DNA of 60,576 nucleotides from Candidatus Micrarchaeota archaeon (GCA_038046765.1 JBBSVN010000008.1:1-60576), one strand, 5' to 3'. Shown: positions 8,936 to 18,816, numbered from the stretch's first letter. A program made the numbers and translations. Notes: generated from the sequence alone by a model not told the origin.

Positions 8936-10480
8936 ATGGAAAAAGGACAAGATTATAAAATTAAAAAACTAGAAAAAGGGCCCCTTCAGAGGTTCAAGAA
9001 TCAAAACTTACTACTTAAAAAATTTGGTGAATTCGGTTTACAAATATATAAAGTAATGACTGGCAAGCGTACTGTAAGAGAACTTCAAAAGGACCTGGAC
9101 ATCGAAGAAGACCGTTTTGATTCAGTGATGGAATATATGGAAGAAGCAGGTATGGTTGAACTTACAATCGTTGAATCTGAAGTAGAAGACGTAAAATCAA
9201 CTAAAACAAAATCCAAACAAAAAGAAGAAGCTCATGAAGAACCAGAAGAAATAGAAGAACCACTATCTAGACTCAAAAAGAAAGAAATCGAAGAATCTCA
9301 AGAGGAAATCGAACCAGAAACTACAGAGGAAACTAGAAACGAGATAGAACCTGAAGAATCAAAAGAAGAATTAACAGAGAAAGAAATTGAGCCTGAATCT
9401 TCAGAGGAAATTGAAATTGAAAAACCCGTTCCAAAGAAAAAGAAAGATCTGTTTGAAGAAATTGAAATAAAACCAGAAGATGTTGAGATAAAACCTGAAA
9501 ATGAAGACGAACAGGAAGCTCAAGAAGAACCAGCTAAAGAAGAGGTTGAAATAGAGCCTCAGATAAATGAAGAAGAAATTTCCATTGAAACAGAGCAGGA
9601 AGAGAAAAAAGAAGAATCAGTTGAAAAAGAGGAAGAACAAGAAGAAGAGCTTAAAATCGAAGCAGAAGAAGATATTGCTCCAGAACAGGAAGAAGAAAAA
9701 GCAGAGGAGATTAGCCCTGTTGAGAGAATAATCAAAGATAAATATGGCGAAATCGGGATTAAAGTTTATGCCTTAATTGATGGTCAAAAAACTGCAGAAG
9801 AAATTATGAATGAAACTGGTCTAAGTGAAAGTAAATTAGTTGAAATTTTAGATTTTCTAGATGAACAGGGAATAATTAAGCTAGAATATCCTGGTTCTAA
9901 AGACAAGGATAAAGAAAAGAAATCCTTTGTTAGTCCACAAAGTGAAGATGAGTCTGAGTTTAAACCAATTATAGAAGAGGGTGCCGAATCAGATTCAATT
10001 TCAAAAGACATCTCTCCAGTTGAAGTTCCGATAAAAACTTCCACAGATATCATTAAAAGTGTCAAATTAAAAGCAAAAGTAGTTCTAAAGTTTGGGGATA
10101 AGGGGAGTAAAATAATTGATGAAGCTGACGGTAAAAAAGACGTTATCGACATTGCATTAAAACTTGATATTCCACTTTACACTGTTTATGATATAATAAA
10201 ATACTTAAGTGCTGAAGGAGGTATTTTACTTAAGCCTCTAACTAGAGCAGAACTTAAGAAAAAATACGGAGATGATGCATTCTCAATATATAAAAAATAT
10301 GGTCGAGAAGGAGTTATGCTATATGAGTTAATTGGAAAAGAACTTTCAATAAAGCAAATGGCAGAACGGGTTACAAAAGACAAGCCAAAAGTAGTTGAAA
10401 TATTTATATTTATTCATCAGGTTCTTGGAACTGAACTCCCAATTGATCAGGAAATGTTAACTAGACAACTTGATTCCTAG
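8936..10480 (+). CDS. Multi winged-helix repeat protein with long acidic linker
   Basis: Four repeats of KK(F/Y)G..G..(I/V)Y....G.....EI; about 180-aa Glu-rich region. Confidence 0.65.
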   Translation: MEKGQDYKIKKLEKGPLQRFKNQNLLLKKFGEFGLQIYKVMTGKRTVRELQKDLDIEEDRFDSVMEYMEEAGMVELTIVESEVEDVKSTKTKSKQKEEAHEEPEEIEEPLSRLKKKEIEESQEEIEPETTEETRNEIEPEESKEELTEKEIEPESSEEIEIEKPVPKKKKDLFEEIEIKPEDVEIKPENEDEQEAQEEPAKEEVEIEPQINEEEISIETEQEEKKEESVEKEEEQEEELKIEAEEDIAPEQEEEKAEEISPVERIIKDKYGEIGIKVYALIDGQKTAEEIMNETGLSESKLVEILDFLDEQGIIKLEYPGSKDKDKEKKSFVSPQSEDESEFKPIIEEGAESDSISKDISPVEVPIKTSTDIIKSVKLKAKVVLKFGDKGSKIIDEADGKKDVIDIALKLDIPLYTVYDIIKYLSAEGGILLKPLTRAELKKKYGDDAFSIYKKYGREGVMLYELIGKELSIKQMAERVTKDKPKVVEIFIFIHQVLGTELPIDQEMLTRQLDS

Positions 10481-11187
10481 TCATCTCTGCCTAAAAGTTC
10501 GTATCTTTTTCTTATAAATATGTCTACTACAGCATCTACTTGACCTTCTGTAAATGGTAATCGTTCAAACATTTCGCCTAGATGGCTGTATGTAGAATGA
10601 GTTCTTACAAGTCTTCCTGGTATCTCTACTATTTCGAAATTAAGATAGTTCTTTTCTCTTTCAACTACCATTTCTAAAAGAATCTTCCTCATTTCTTCAA
10701 AATTCATTCTTAAATCTTCTTCAACTTTTTTTACATATTCACTTTCTAAACTATCATTTTGCATTCCTACAACTGCTCGTTTAAGTGCATCTCTTCCATA
10801 TACTAATCGCTGACCTTTTACTGTTTGGAATCCCGATAAAAGTCTTCCTATGTCACTTCTTACATTTCCTATGTTGTTAAAAGCTTCTTCGCTAGACGCA
10901 TGGATTTCTAATGTATGGTTTCCCATCGCAATAAGTAAACGTGCTTTAAGGTCTAAAATATTAATAATTAAATCTAGCTCTTTCTTTTCTTGATCTGTTT
11001 TTGGAGAAGGAACATCTGCTACCATATTCGTCAATTGTTTGGAATCGGGCGTTTTTTCTTTTAGTGTTGAAAAACCCAATCGTCTTATTTTTACTCCTAC
11101 TTCTTTTAAAAAAGGCAAAACCGCAGCATGTTCGCTACTGTGTGGTGCACAAAGCAAAAATCCACTAGTTCTAATTTTTTGAATCAT
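10477..11187 (-). CDS. Hypothetical protein
   Basis: 236-aa ORF with a TTTATAA box upstream. Confidence 0.6.
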   Translation of the reverse strand: MIQKIRTSGFLLCAPHSSEHAAVLPFLKEVGVKIRRLGFSTLKEKTPDSKQLTNMVADVPSPKTDQEKKELDLIINILDLKARLLIAMGNHTLEIHASSEEAFNNIGNVRSDIGRLLSGFQTVKGQRLVYGRDALKRAVVGMQNDSLESEYVKKVEEDLRMNFEEMRKILLEMVVEREKNYLNFEIVEIPGRLVRTHSTYSHLGEMFERLPFTEGQVDAVVDIFIRKRYELLGRDD

Positions 11188-11241
11188 AATTAGTTTAGCA
11201 CATAACTCCTTATAAACCTTTCTTTTACATAAAAAGCAACA

Positions 11242-11637
11242 TTAATTTATCCTGCTTAAACTAATTCTTTCTAGTCTCTTCTGGTCTACTTCTTTCTCCT
11301 TAAAAACTTCTTCTTTCGCTTCAAGCTTATTAAGTATTTGGTCTTTATCTTCTTCTTTGTTAAAAATAATCAAAATGGCTTCCTTTTCTGTTGGCTTTAT
11401 CGTTGCCATTGCGCTTTTTATATCTTTTTTTCCGCTTAACCAGAGTAAAAATTCGAGTTTCGAATCTTTTGCAATGTTCGTCTTTTCTTTAAATGATTTT
11501 TTGGTTAGGTAATCTGCAAGTTCAATTTCCTTAGTCGAATGAACTAAACCTATATTAACAAGAACTGCGTTAAAACTAGTAATTGCCTTTATTGCATCAT
11601 CAATAGGCATCTTTAGGTTAATTTTTAAGATAAGCAT
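11242..11637 (-). CDS. cgi121: KEOPS subunit Cgi121
   Basis: NIAKD..LEFLLWLSGKKDIKSA and C-terminal LERISL motifs. Confidence 0.8.
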   Translation of the reverse strand: MLILKINLKMPIDDAIKAITSFNAVLVNIGLVHSTKEIELADYLTKKSFKEKTNIAKDSKLEFLLWLSGKKDIKSAMATIKPTEKEAILIIFNKEEDKDQILNKLEAKEEVFKEKEVDQKRLERISLSRIN

Positions 11638-11729
11638 AATATTTATAAACAGTAATAGTTATAAAAACTATACCGTAGTAATTAATATTCTACTTATTGT
11701 AAAGTAGTATTTTGTAAGGTGTTTATACA

Positions 11730-12122
11730 ATGCAACAATATCACGAATCTAATTCAAGGAAAAAAGTAAGTTCTGGAACTGGCGGTATGAGAAGAAAAAA
11801 CCGAGATAAGAAATTATCTCATGTTGGTGGAGTGCCAACTTTAACAAAAGTTGCAACTAAATCTGTTATAGACCAGTTAAGAACTAGGGGCGGAAGTGAC
11901 AAGGCAAAACTTAAACGAGCTGCATTTGCAAACGTAAGAGATAAAACTGGCAAAATTGTCAAGACGAAGATATTGTCTGTTGCACACAGTGCAATTCAAG
12001 ATTATATTCGAGCGAACATTATCACTAAAGGTTGCGTGCTTAATACTGAGTTAGGAGAAGTTATTGTAACTAACCGAGTTGGCCAAGATGCAGTTGTTAA
12101 TGGCGTATTAAAAACTAAATAA
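11730..12122 (+). CDS. rps8e: 30S ribosomal protein S8e
   Basis: RTRGG, NIITKG, VTNRVGQDAVVNGVL. Confidence 0.95.
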   Translation: MQQYHESNSRKKVSSGTGGMRRKNRDKKLSHVGGVPTLTKVATKSVIDQLRTRGGSDKAKLKRAAFANVRDKTGKIVKTKILSVAHSAIQDYIRANIITKGCVLNTELGEVIVTNRVGQDAVVNGVLKTK

Positions 12123-12180
12123 CCTATTTATCTTTTTTTAATTTTCTCCATTTAATTCTTGTTTTTCATTTAATCCCTAA

Positions 12181-12645
12181 TCAACCATCATCTTTTTCTA
12201 AATAAGAAAGTATTGCCCATATTGGAAGTAATGAAGCTCCAAGCGTAAAGAGTAATATTCCAAATACATAAAATATACTTACCAAAAATTCGAGAATGCC
12301 GTTTAATGAGAAAGAAGATAATGCAAAAGAATAAATTTTAAATTTATCTAGCATTGTAACTAATAACGCTCCGACAATTCCGGCAGTAATATTTTCCATC
12401 AGTCTTTGTAATCGTCCTTTATCTTCTTTATTATATTTTTTTATTAAGTAAATTCCTGTAAATGCTAAAATAATTGTTATCCAAATGAAGAGTGCCCAAA
12501 CAATGAATTCCTTTATGAAGTTTAATTCTGATGGTACAAATACATAAAAAAAGACCAGTGCGAATATGCCAAGTAAGAAAATTAACGTCATCTTCTTAAT
12601 GTTGATTGGTTTATTCTTGCTTGTTTTCGCATTTTTTACCTTCAT
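12181..12645 (-). CDS. Membrane protein (about 4 TM)
   Basis: Four hydrophobic segments. Confidence 0.6.
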   Translation of the reverse strand: MKVKNAKTSKNKPINIKKMTLIFLLGIFALVFFYVFVPSELNFIKEFIVWALFIWITIILAFTGIYLIKKYNKEDKGRLQRLMENITAGIVGALLVTMLDKFKIYSFALSSFSLNGILEFLVSIFYVFGILLFTLGASLLPIWAILSYLEKDDG

Positions 12646-12804
12646 AGATTTATCAAATACACTTAAATTAATAAGTTTATCTTAGTTTTGGTTTAGTCAA
12701 GCTAACTAAAACAGTAAATCCGTAAATAAATAAAAACCGTTTTATTATGTTCGTTCAATCTTATTTGTACTCGTAATTATTGACTTAGTATAAACTTATT
12801 TAAT

Positions 12805-12961
12805 GCAGGGGTGGCGGAGTCAAAGTTCCGGGTTTTTGAGTTCCGGGTTTTGTATCGCAACGGTCAAACGTGCTGGATTCAGGAGGCTTTTTGGTTTAAC
12901 CAATTACTTTGAAAAGTTCAGTGCCTTAGCGGCTACGCAGGTTCGATCCCTGCCCCCTGCA
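12805..12961 (+). tRNA. trnL: tRNA-Leu(CAG) with two introns: 12820-12860 (position 15/16) and 12884-12915 (position 37/38)
   Basis: Acceptor stem GCAGGGG/CCCCTGC-A; T arm GCAGG-TTCGATC-CCTGC; anticodon stem CTGGA/TTCAG; long variable arm; spliced D-loop GAGCGGTCAAA; BHB-like helices at both introns. Confidence 0.9.
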
Positions 12962-13001
12962 AATAATGCCTATTTTTAACCTGTGTCAAAATAATTATAT
13001 T

Positions 13002-14327
13002 ATGAAATCAACAATCGAAAAGTTATCTCCTATAATCGGTTTACTTATACTTGGGATTTTCCTTCTCTTATCAATCTTCGTTATTCGAACGAGCGTTTTT
13101 GGCGAAGTTGAGGGAGAAAAACACATATACTTTGAAATTGTATTCTTGCTCCTTTTAGCAGTTGCAGGTGAATTAGTTGTTGCATATACTAAACAGCCAT
13201 CAGTTATGATTTTGATGGTTCTAGGAATTTTTATGAGTTCAAGTTTTCTGGATCTTTCTTGGAATATTCTAACCTCATTAAATCTTCCATTTAAAATACC
13301 TGCAAATCCCCCAGATATACTAAGACTAGAAAATGTTCTAACTGTGTTTGCGCAATTGGGTGCGGTTATTTTATTATTTAAAGTTGGAATGCATAACAAA
13401 ATCGAGCGTATCTTTGCATTTGATAATTTAATTGTTGCAATCGCAGGAATTGTTTTGCCTTTTGCTGTTGGATATTTATACGCAAGTTACGTTGGAGGAA
13501 GTTTTGCGTATTCTATGTTCGTGGCAGCCGCCTTAACTGCTACATCTGTAGGAGTAACAGTCGCAATTTTAAAAGAATTCAAACTATTAAATGAACGATT
13601 CGCAGAAATAATTATTGGGGCTGCTGTTTTAGATGATATTCTAGGCCTCTTGGTATTATCTTTTGTAATCAATGTTACAAGTGCCACTGGAAGCGAATCA
13701 ATACTCGCATCGATAATTTTAACTCTAATTACTGCCGTCGTGTTTCTTTTTGGTAGCGTCTTAGCTGGAAATTACTTTGTCAAATATTTAGATCAAAAAG
13801 AAATGAGTCCAAAAATATTCATGCTGATCTTGGCATTTGTACTCTTCTACGCTTATTTTGCAGAATTTATTAAATTGTCTGCGATCGTTGGCGCATTTAT
13901 GGCCGGAATTATATTAAATAAAAGTAAACATCACGGTGAGATTGAAGAAAAAACATATGGATTAGAAATGCTGTTTATGCCGATTTTTTTCATTTCCTTA
14001 GGTACTCTTATGGACATTAATGCACTCGCTACTTTTCTAGTTCCGATCCTGATTTTATCTTTTCTAGCTATTCTAACTAAGGTTATTGGCTGTGGTCTTG
14101 CTGCAATATTCGCAAAATTAAAATCATTAGAAGCTGCAATCGTTGGTTTTGGTATGTCTCCAAGAGGTGAAGTTGCGCTTATAGTTGCTTCCATCGGGTT
14201 GACAACAAAAATTCTAAACGCTTCAGAATACTCAATAATTGCGTCCATGGCACTACTAACTACATTAGTTACTCCTCCAATATTGCAAGTTTTAATTCGC
14301 AAGATCGAAAAAAGGACTAGCGGTTAA
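13002..14327 (+). CDS. Cation:proton antiporter (CPA2/NapA family)
   Basis: ATSVGVT, AAVLDD, GAFMAG, GMSPRGEV; about 12 TM. Confidence 0.9.
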   Translation: MKSTIEKLSPIIGLLILGIFLLLSIFVIRTSVFGEVEGEKHIYFEIVFLLLLAVAGELVVAYTKQPSVMILMVLGIFMSSSFLDLSWNILTSLNLPFKIPANPPDILRLENVLTVFAQLGAVILLFKVGMHNKIERIFAFDNLIVAIAGIVLPFAVGYLYASYVGGSFAYSMFVAAALTATSVGVTVAILKEFKLLNERFAEIIIGAAVLDDILGLLVLSFVINVTSATGSESILASIILTLITAVVFLFGSVLAGNYFVKYLDQKEMSPKIFMLILAFVLFYAYFAEFIKLSAIVGAFMAGIILNKSKHHGEIEEKTYGLEMLFMPIFFISLGTLMDINALATFLVPILILSFLAILTKVIGCGLAAIFAKLKSLEAAIVGFGMSPRGEVALIVASIGLTTKILNASEYSIIASMALLTTLVTPPILQVLIRKIEKRTSG

Positions 14328-14520
14328 AAAATGATTTGAAAAACCCTCTCCTGCAAACTATTTTCTTAATGTAAAAACAAATATTATTTTTCTAAGTTTG
14401 CCTTCCGGGTTGCCCAAAAGGGACAATAAGTGAGTTACTTTTTTCCACTTTGCAATCGTTTGTCTTTACGCCAAGAAAATCTTAAGTCGCTTAAGCAAAT
14501 ATACTAAGACAGAAAAGTTT

Positions 14521-14660
14521 TCCAGAGAACTTTGTTCTCGATCCCTTCAAATTCAAAGAATTTGCAGATCTTTAGAACGAACCGTCGTTCTAAAGTATTA
14601 GAAAAGCCCTTCTGGCCTTTTCTAAATCGGCATTACTTATTTGATTCAGTATAATGCCGT
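14521..14660. mobile_element. Hairpin cluster containing a 58-bp double-hairpin element (14569-14626)
   Basis: TCTTTAGAA-x-TTCTAAAGTATTAGAAAA-y-TTTTCTAAA shared with 57704-57761; further flanking hairpins. Confidence 0.7.
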
Positions 14661-14704
14661 TTTCGTGACACTAGTTTTTATTTGTCCTGACTTGCAATAT
14701 ATCT

Positions 14705-15652
14705 ATGACACTATTGATGCTTAGAAAACCTTCACCAAAATCAATGACTTTAGAAACGCACATGCGTTTTGCTTCCAGAACAAATCATTCGGGGGTTCAT
14801 TTGGAAGTTTACCGGACGCATGATGATAAACTTGTTGAAACGATGACCTGTTCTGGGGAAGATTATCAAAATCGAACTTTAGTATCTATAACTAATCAGA
14901 TCGGTTGTCCAGTTCGATGTGATTTTTGCAAGGTAAGTGAATTATCCTTAGTTAGAAATATTACTGTTGCCGAGTATCTGCAACAAGTAGCGGGAGTTGT
15001 TCAAAATATCAATGGCGTTCCGTGGTTTAATCCGGCATGGCCAGTTAAGGTTTCATTTGGAAGGGCAGGAGAACCTCTGTTAAATGCAAATACCATGGAA
15101 GCCGTATTCGCGCTAGCAGAATTATATCGTAATGCCTTTCAGCTTTTTTCTGTTATGCCCGGTTCGCCTACGACAAATAAGTTACTTGAGGCCATTATGC
15201 AGTTTGTTTCAACTTATGAAAATACCTTTCAATTAAATGTTTCAATGCATACAACTGATGAAAATAAACGAAGGCTAATTATGCCTAAAGGAAAATTAAT
15301 GTCGTTTGAAGAAATTGGCAGATTTGGTGAACTTTGGCATAAAGCTAATCCCAAAAGAAAAATTGACCTGTCATTTATTCTAATGGAAGACGTTGTAGTA
15401 GATTTTCGAGCAATAAGAGATATTTTTGACCCGCGGTTTTTTACAATTAGGCTTGCGTATTACCTGCCAAGTTCCGCTCAAACCGCATTACGACATCCTT
15501 CTTCAGATGATTCTAGGCTAGTTCAAAAAGCGCAAGAAGCTAGGGACCTAGGATATTCTTGTATTGAAGCTAGAGCTGGTCCAATTGAACGAATATGGGA
15601 TTCTAGACCTTACAGTGGATTTAGGATGCTAAGGGATGATTATTCGCTATAA
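14705..15652 (+). CDS. RlmN/Cfr-like radical SAM protein, atypical
   Basis: QIGCPVRCDFC, GRAGEP, VSMH..DE.KR..IMP; no ACGQL motif. Confidence 0.75.
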   Translation: MTLLMLRKPSPKSMTLETHMRFASRTNHSGVHLEVYRTHDDKLVETMTCSGEDYQNRTLVSITNQIGCPVRCDFCKVSELSLVRNITVAEYLQQVAGVVQNINGVPWFNPAWPVKVSFGRAGEPLLNANTMEAVFALAELYRNAFQLFSVMPGSPTTNKLLEAIMQFVSTYENTFQLNVSMHTTDENKRRLIMPKGKLMSFEEIGRFGELWHKANPKRKIDLSFILMEDVVVDFRAIRDIFDPRFFTIRLAYYLPSSAQTALRHPSSDDSRLVQKAQEARDLGYSCIEARAGPIERIWDSRPYSGFRMLRDDYSL

Positions 15653-15679
15653 AAACTCTAAAAAAATAAAATAAAAAAA

Positions 15680-15728
15680 TCCAGAGAAGAGGAATGCCCT
15701 TCTCTAGCTTTTCATCTGCGGATGAAAA
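15680..15728. repeat. Double hairpin between convergent genes, variant of the double-hairpin family
   Basis: AGAGAAG-aggaatgcc-CTTCTCT then TTTTCATC-tgcg-GATGAAAA; loop resembles the reconstructed hairpin at 57606. Confidence 0.55.
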
Positions 15729-15746
15729 AGAAAATTAATCGTCAAA

Positions 15747-16199
15747 TTATTTAACAATTAAAGTAGCCTGAATATCTGGATGTGCTCCTCCGGTTGTTGC
15801 TTTCCAGGAGTTTGTAGGTTCATCACAGGTTTTACAGTAAATTTTAAAAGTTCCAGTTTTATCTGCTGTAAATTGTATTTTTACTGGATTACTCTTATCC
15901 TCGCTTTTTACTACCTGATTAACTCCATATTCATCAATCGTAATTCCGTGCCCATGCCAGCTTGTTCCTGGTTCAGTTACTGCTAAAAATCTTACAACAT
16001 CTCCCTTGTTTACGGTGAATGCTTTTGGATTATAACCTGAATCGTGTCCAATTGTTACCTTGAATTCTTTTGCGGTATCAGTTGCTGTGCTTGGAGCTAC
16101 TGCCGTACTTTGCGTTCCTGTTTGTGTTGTTGGTGTACTTCCTGCGCAACCAAATAGTAATAAAGCAAATACTAAACCTAATACGATAAATAATTTCAT
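15747..16199 (-). CDS. Cupredoxin-domain lipoprotein
   Basis: Lipobox LLFGC; FTVNKGD.V, HGITID, F.ADKTGTF..YC..C...H. Confidence 0.8.
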   Translation of the reverse strand: MKLFIVLGLVFALLLFGCAGSTPTTQTGTQSTAVAPSTATDTAKEFKVTIGHDSGYNPKAFTVNKGDVVRFLAVTEPGTSWHGHGITIDEYGVNQVVKSEDKSNPVKIQFTADKTGTFKIYCKTCDEPTNSWKATTGGAHPDIQATLIVK

Positions 16200-16334
16200 T
16201 TAATTTTTCACCTTCTTATAAATTTTATTTTATTTTTTTAATAGAATACGTTTAATCTGCTCGCAAGGTATAAAAACATGCTTTTGGTGAAGAAAAATTC
16301 TCGAGAATTTTTAGAACGTTATTTTTTTTATTTT

Positions 16335-17066
16335 TTAAACATAAATTTCTCTTTCCGGTTGTATATTTGGCAATCCCAACAATTTCCAATTAGACAAAAT
16401 CCTTTCAATTTCGATTAACTCGAATTCTGTTAAATAAGCTCGTAGCTGGTATCTATGACAATTACTTGGTAACCTTAGTTCTGGTTGATCACCAAAAGGT
16501 ATGTGGTTCATGTTGTGGATAATTCCTAAAGTCATTACAAGGTCATTAAAATATTGATAAAGTGGACCGGAAGGTTCAACTGTATTTTTAAGTATTTCTC
16601 TTATGACTAATTCAACTGCATCCAGACTTCGATTAAGACCAAGAACAGTATTTATTTCTAATAAATCGTAAACAGGTAATCCATACTCCTGCATTAAGCC
16701 TGGATTTAGATGTACTAAAATTGTATGTGCCTCAAGTTCATGGATTGTTTTTGGTTCGGACCACGGAATAGTTAACCGTTTAAGGGTTACCTCACGATAA
16801 AATGATTTTAGTACTGCGTCTATTCTCTCTCGGAGTTCTTTTGGAATTTGTGTTCTTAAATCAGACCATTCAGGCGGCCTTTGTCTTAAATTTTTCCTAA
16901 GTTCATCTACATTAAGTAAGCTGGTTGCAGAAAAGATTTGAACAACGTTTCCCTGTTGTTTAAAATAAAATCTCCACTGCTGTCGTTCTGAATCCGTGCG
17001 TTCACTAAATTCCGTTACATTCTCTGGTTTTTTTCCAGGTAGTCTAGCTTTTATCTGATATTGCAT
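16335..17066 (-). CDS. Hypothetical protein
   Basis: 243-aa ORF, no recognised motif. Confidence 0.55.
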   Translation of the reverse strand: MQYQIKARLPGKKPENVTEFSERTDSERQQWRFYFKQQGNVVQIFSATSLLNVDELRKNLRQRPPEWSDLRTQIPKELRERIDAVLKSFYREVTLKRLTIPWSEPKTIHELEAHTILVHLNPGLMQEYGLPVYDLLEINTVLGLNRSLDAVELVIREILKNTVEPSGPLYQYFNDLVMTLGIIHNMNHIPFGDQPELRLPSNCHRYQLRAYLTEFELIEIERILSNWKLLGLPNIQPEREIYV

Positions 17067-17196
17067 AAATAATTATTTTAGGCAACATATTAAAAAGAAG
17101 TGTCACGTTAATACTTAAGGTTTATACTGTTGATAGTAAACTTTTGATTTACTCATAATCACAACCTTTAAAAAGTCTTTTACATATAATAACATT

Positions 17197-17745
17197 ATGA
17201 AAAACATGTTAAAATTGTTTGGAATTTTGGTTTTAGTACTTATTTTATCTACAGTTTCATTTGCTGCAAAATCTTCTGAATATATCTATGGAAGATCTAT
17301 GGATATTCCAGTCGCAGTAAATAATGGACTACCCTATTGGCATGGTTGGGCAAACGTTGACGGATGGGTCAACATGTACGAAATAGTTCAGATAAGCCCA
17401 GGCAACTACAAAGGAATTTTAGTAGAAACAAAAAGATCCTTAGGAAATTCTGGAGCAAATTTTAGAATAAGGGAAGGTCAGATAATTAATTTTATTGGCT
17501 TTACTAGTCAGGCAAAAGCACAAGGTGCAACTAGCTGGACATTTGATACTCCACCATATAAAAACTTTGGTTATTCTCCGGTTGCTGGTTTTCCAAATGC
17601 AATTTGTCAGATAAACTATGGTAATTCTAATGAAATGTTAAGGTCAAGTGTTGACAATTCATATTCCTGTGCTACTTCAATGAGTTCAATTAATGGCGAT
17701 TTTGTAAGGACAAATTGGAATGTTAATACGAATCATTTGAATTAA
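17197..17745 (+). CDS. Secreted hypothetical protein
   Basis: Sec signal peptide ending VSFA. Confidence 0.65.
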   Translation: MKNMLKLFGILVLVLILSTVSFAAKSSEYIYGRSMDIPVAVNNGLPYWHGWANVDGWVNMYEIVQISPGNYKGILVETKRSLGNSGANFRIREGQIINFIGFTSQAKAQGATSWTFDTPPYKNFGYSPVAGFPNAICQINYGNSNEMLRSSVDNSYSCATSMSSINGDFVRTNWNVNTNHLN

Positions 17746-17766
17746 ATATATTTTTGGTGATTACTA

Positions 17767-18795
17767 ATGAATTTAAAACAATTATTTTCTAGTAAAAAAG
17801 TAGAAGTAATAGAAAGCAGAGCTAAACCAAAGCAAATAGAACCCTTAACCGATTCCCCTCTCAAATCAAGAGTTGGTACTTTAGGCCGTGTAGTTGCTGC
17901 AGCATTAACTTTTGCCTGTACTGAAAATACTTACATTTATGGAAACGTAGACGCAGGAGTTGATTCAAAACCTGCACAAATGGATGCGACTACAAATCAA
18001 GATAGAGCACAAAATCCAGATGCGTCACAATCTCCTGTTTGTCCAAATAATGGTCCAGCCATACCATGTAATTTATCTGTATCTGGAACAATTAATCTGA
18101 CCGAATCAATTTCATTTGCAACTTCTGATGGAAGAAGTTTTAGTTTAAGGCTTGATGATTTAGAAGCGCTTCTTAATACAAAATCAGCAATTGTATCTAT
18201 TTTAGATAATGATTGCTTGGTTGTGAAACAAGCAGTTATCGCTGAAGGTGCTACGATTTCGTTTAATGTTGGTCAATCGAATTTTAACATTACGGCAGAT
18301 CAAATTGCAATAGGTTATAGCTTTGCTTCAAAATGGGCAACTTTAACTATAACTAATATCTGTTCTTCCGTTGATGGTGGTTTATCTAACGATGCGGGTA
18401 CTGACCGTGTCGCTTCTGGAGATGCTACACCAGACGCTGGAAGAACTTGTACTCCCAACCCACCTGCGCCAGCAATGTGTAGTTCGGTTTCAGGAATTAT
18501 AAGTCGTGGAGAATCCATAATTTACACTACTTCGAATTTAGTACCTGTAGCAATTCAACTCGATGACTTAGTTATCTCTCCATCTTCAATATCTGCGGCA
18601 TTATCTATTCTGGATCGAGATTGCGCGATTATAAGAAGGTTACTTATCCCAGGAGGTCAAACCGCAAATGTTTGGGTTAGCGGTTCCCAACTTAGTGTTA
18701 CCGCAAATCGTCTAGCTCCAGGATATACTTTTAATGCAGTATGGGCTGACTTAACAGTTTCTGATGTTTGTTCTTCAGATGCAGGAACAGATTAA
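17767..18795 (+). CDS. Putative lipoprotein with two S-layer-like beta repeats and DAG/DGG linkers
   Basis: LTFAC lipobox-like motif; duplicated domain LDDL...SILD.DC...GY(S/T)F...WA.LT. Confidence 0.65.
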   Translation: MNLKQLFSSKKVEVIESRAKPKQIEPLTDSPLKSRVGTLGRVVAAALTFACTENTYIYGNVDAGVDSKPAQMDATTNQDRAQNPDASQSPVCPNNGPAIPCNLSVSGTINLTESISFATSDGRSFSLRLDDLEALLNTKSAIVSILDNDCLVVKQAVIAEGATISFNVGQSNFNITADQIAIGYSFASKWATLTITNICSSVDGGLSNDAGTDRVASGDATPDAGRTCTPNPPAPAMCSSVSGIISRGESIIYTTSNLVPVAIQLDDLVISPSSISAALSILDRDCAIIRRLLIPGGQTANVWVSGSQLSVTANRLAPGYTFNAVWADLTVSDVCSSDAGTD

Positions 18796-18816
18796 ATTTT
18801 TTTCTTCTTATTCTTT

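Noticed and set aside
9200..9720. GAA-rich DNA repeat
   Set aside because: Glu-rich coding low complexity, not a discrete DNA repeat.
12930..12961. tRNA 3' end as an attachment site for an integrated element
   Set aside because: No integrase and no duplicate of the tRNA 3' end seen in the window.
16293..16312. Perfect 20-bp palindrome AAAAATTCTCGAGAATTTTT
   Set aside because: Shares TTCTCGA/TCGAGAA with the element arms, but is single, loopless and AT-rich; cannot be assigned.
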